Below, in pieces: positions 52,177 through 52,229 of a DNA stretch of 52,229 nucleotides (its first letter is position 1; the number at the start of each line of letters is the position of its first letter). The notes under the pieces were generated by a model. The model was not told the origin of the DNA. It worked only from the letters and a program-made list of their open reading frames with translations, and made no database searches. Made by a program: the position numbers and the translations under genes. The DNA comes from Bacteroidales bacterium (GTDB lineage: Bacteria > Bacteroidota > Bacteroidia > Bacteroidales > JAGOPY01). The stretch spans positions 1 through 52,229 of the forward strand of contig DAOWEV010000113.1 in the NCBI GenBank assembly GCA_030638325.1, written 5' to 3'.

Positions 52177-52229
52177 ACCGTTATTGTATCATTGGCTTGT
52201 CTTGCTACTACCTGCTTTTTACCAGTGTC

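Noticed and set aside
1-52229. A search for tRNA, rRNA, tmRNA, RNase P RNA, IS elements, prophage genes or known defence systems.
   Set aside because: I found no T-loop/acceptor patterns (GGTTCGAATCC-like), no GAGGAAAGTCC-type RNase P core, no transposase, integrase or recombinase ORFs, and no nuclease/ATPase/methylase clusters. The absence is judged by eye only.

Overview
This window looks like core chromosome from a Bacteroidota genome. Supporting signs are TAnnTTTG -7 boxes just upstream of many start codons, GldH, S46 and C69 peptidases, MORN-repeat and lamin-tail proteins, and a TolC/MacB-type efflux operon. I call 41 coding genes, a partial gene at the left edge and a small gene remnant. 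Most are housekeeping: ribF, asd, rnr, nadA, rpiB, mreBCD, purH, recJ and hemW. I found no rRNA, tRNA, CRISPR array, transposase, integrase, phage gene or recognisable defence or toxin system. The unusual content is non-coding. Almost every longer intergenic region holds short tandem 'word' repeats, usually 8 nt long and kept in strict register even when the word changes. These repeats are often arranged as inverted arms or nested hairpins. Notable cases: (1) a four-helix-bundle (23S-IVS/Avd family) gene lying between complementary octamer arrays; (2) a nested-hairpin element family with four copies; (3) an identical 18-mer core on the same strand upstream of three signal-peptide genes; (4) a ~180-200 bp inverted repeat pair bracketing a 9.2 kb block (nadA to purH), with each copy carrying the same candidate promoter, a ~11-nt periodic GTCATT array and the first 8 codons of a small ORF upstream of an outward-facing gene. 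Other items are a PatB/MalY-like gene remnant, an exosortase-like protein next to a polybasic membrane protein, and a possible structured RNA upstream of the efflux operon. All alignments, repeat counts and motif calls were done by eye and no database search was possible.
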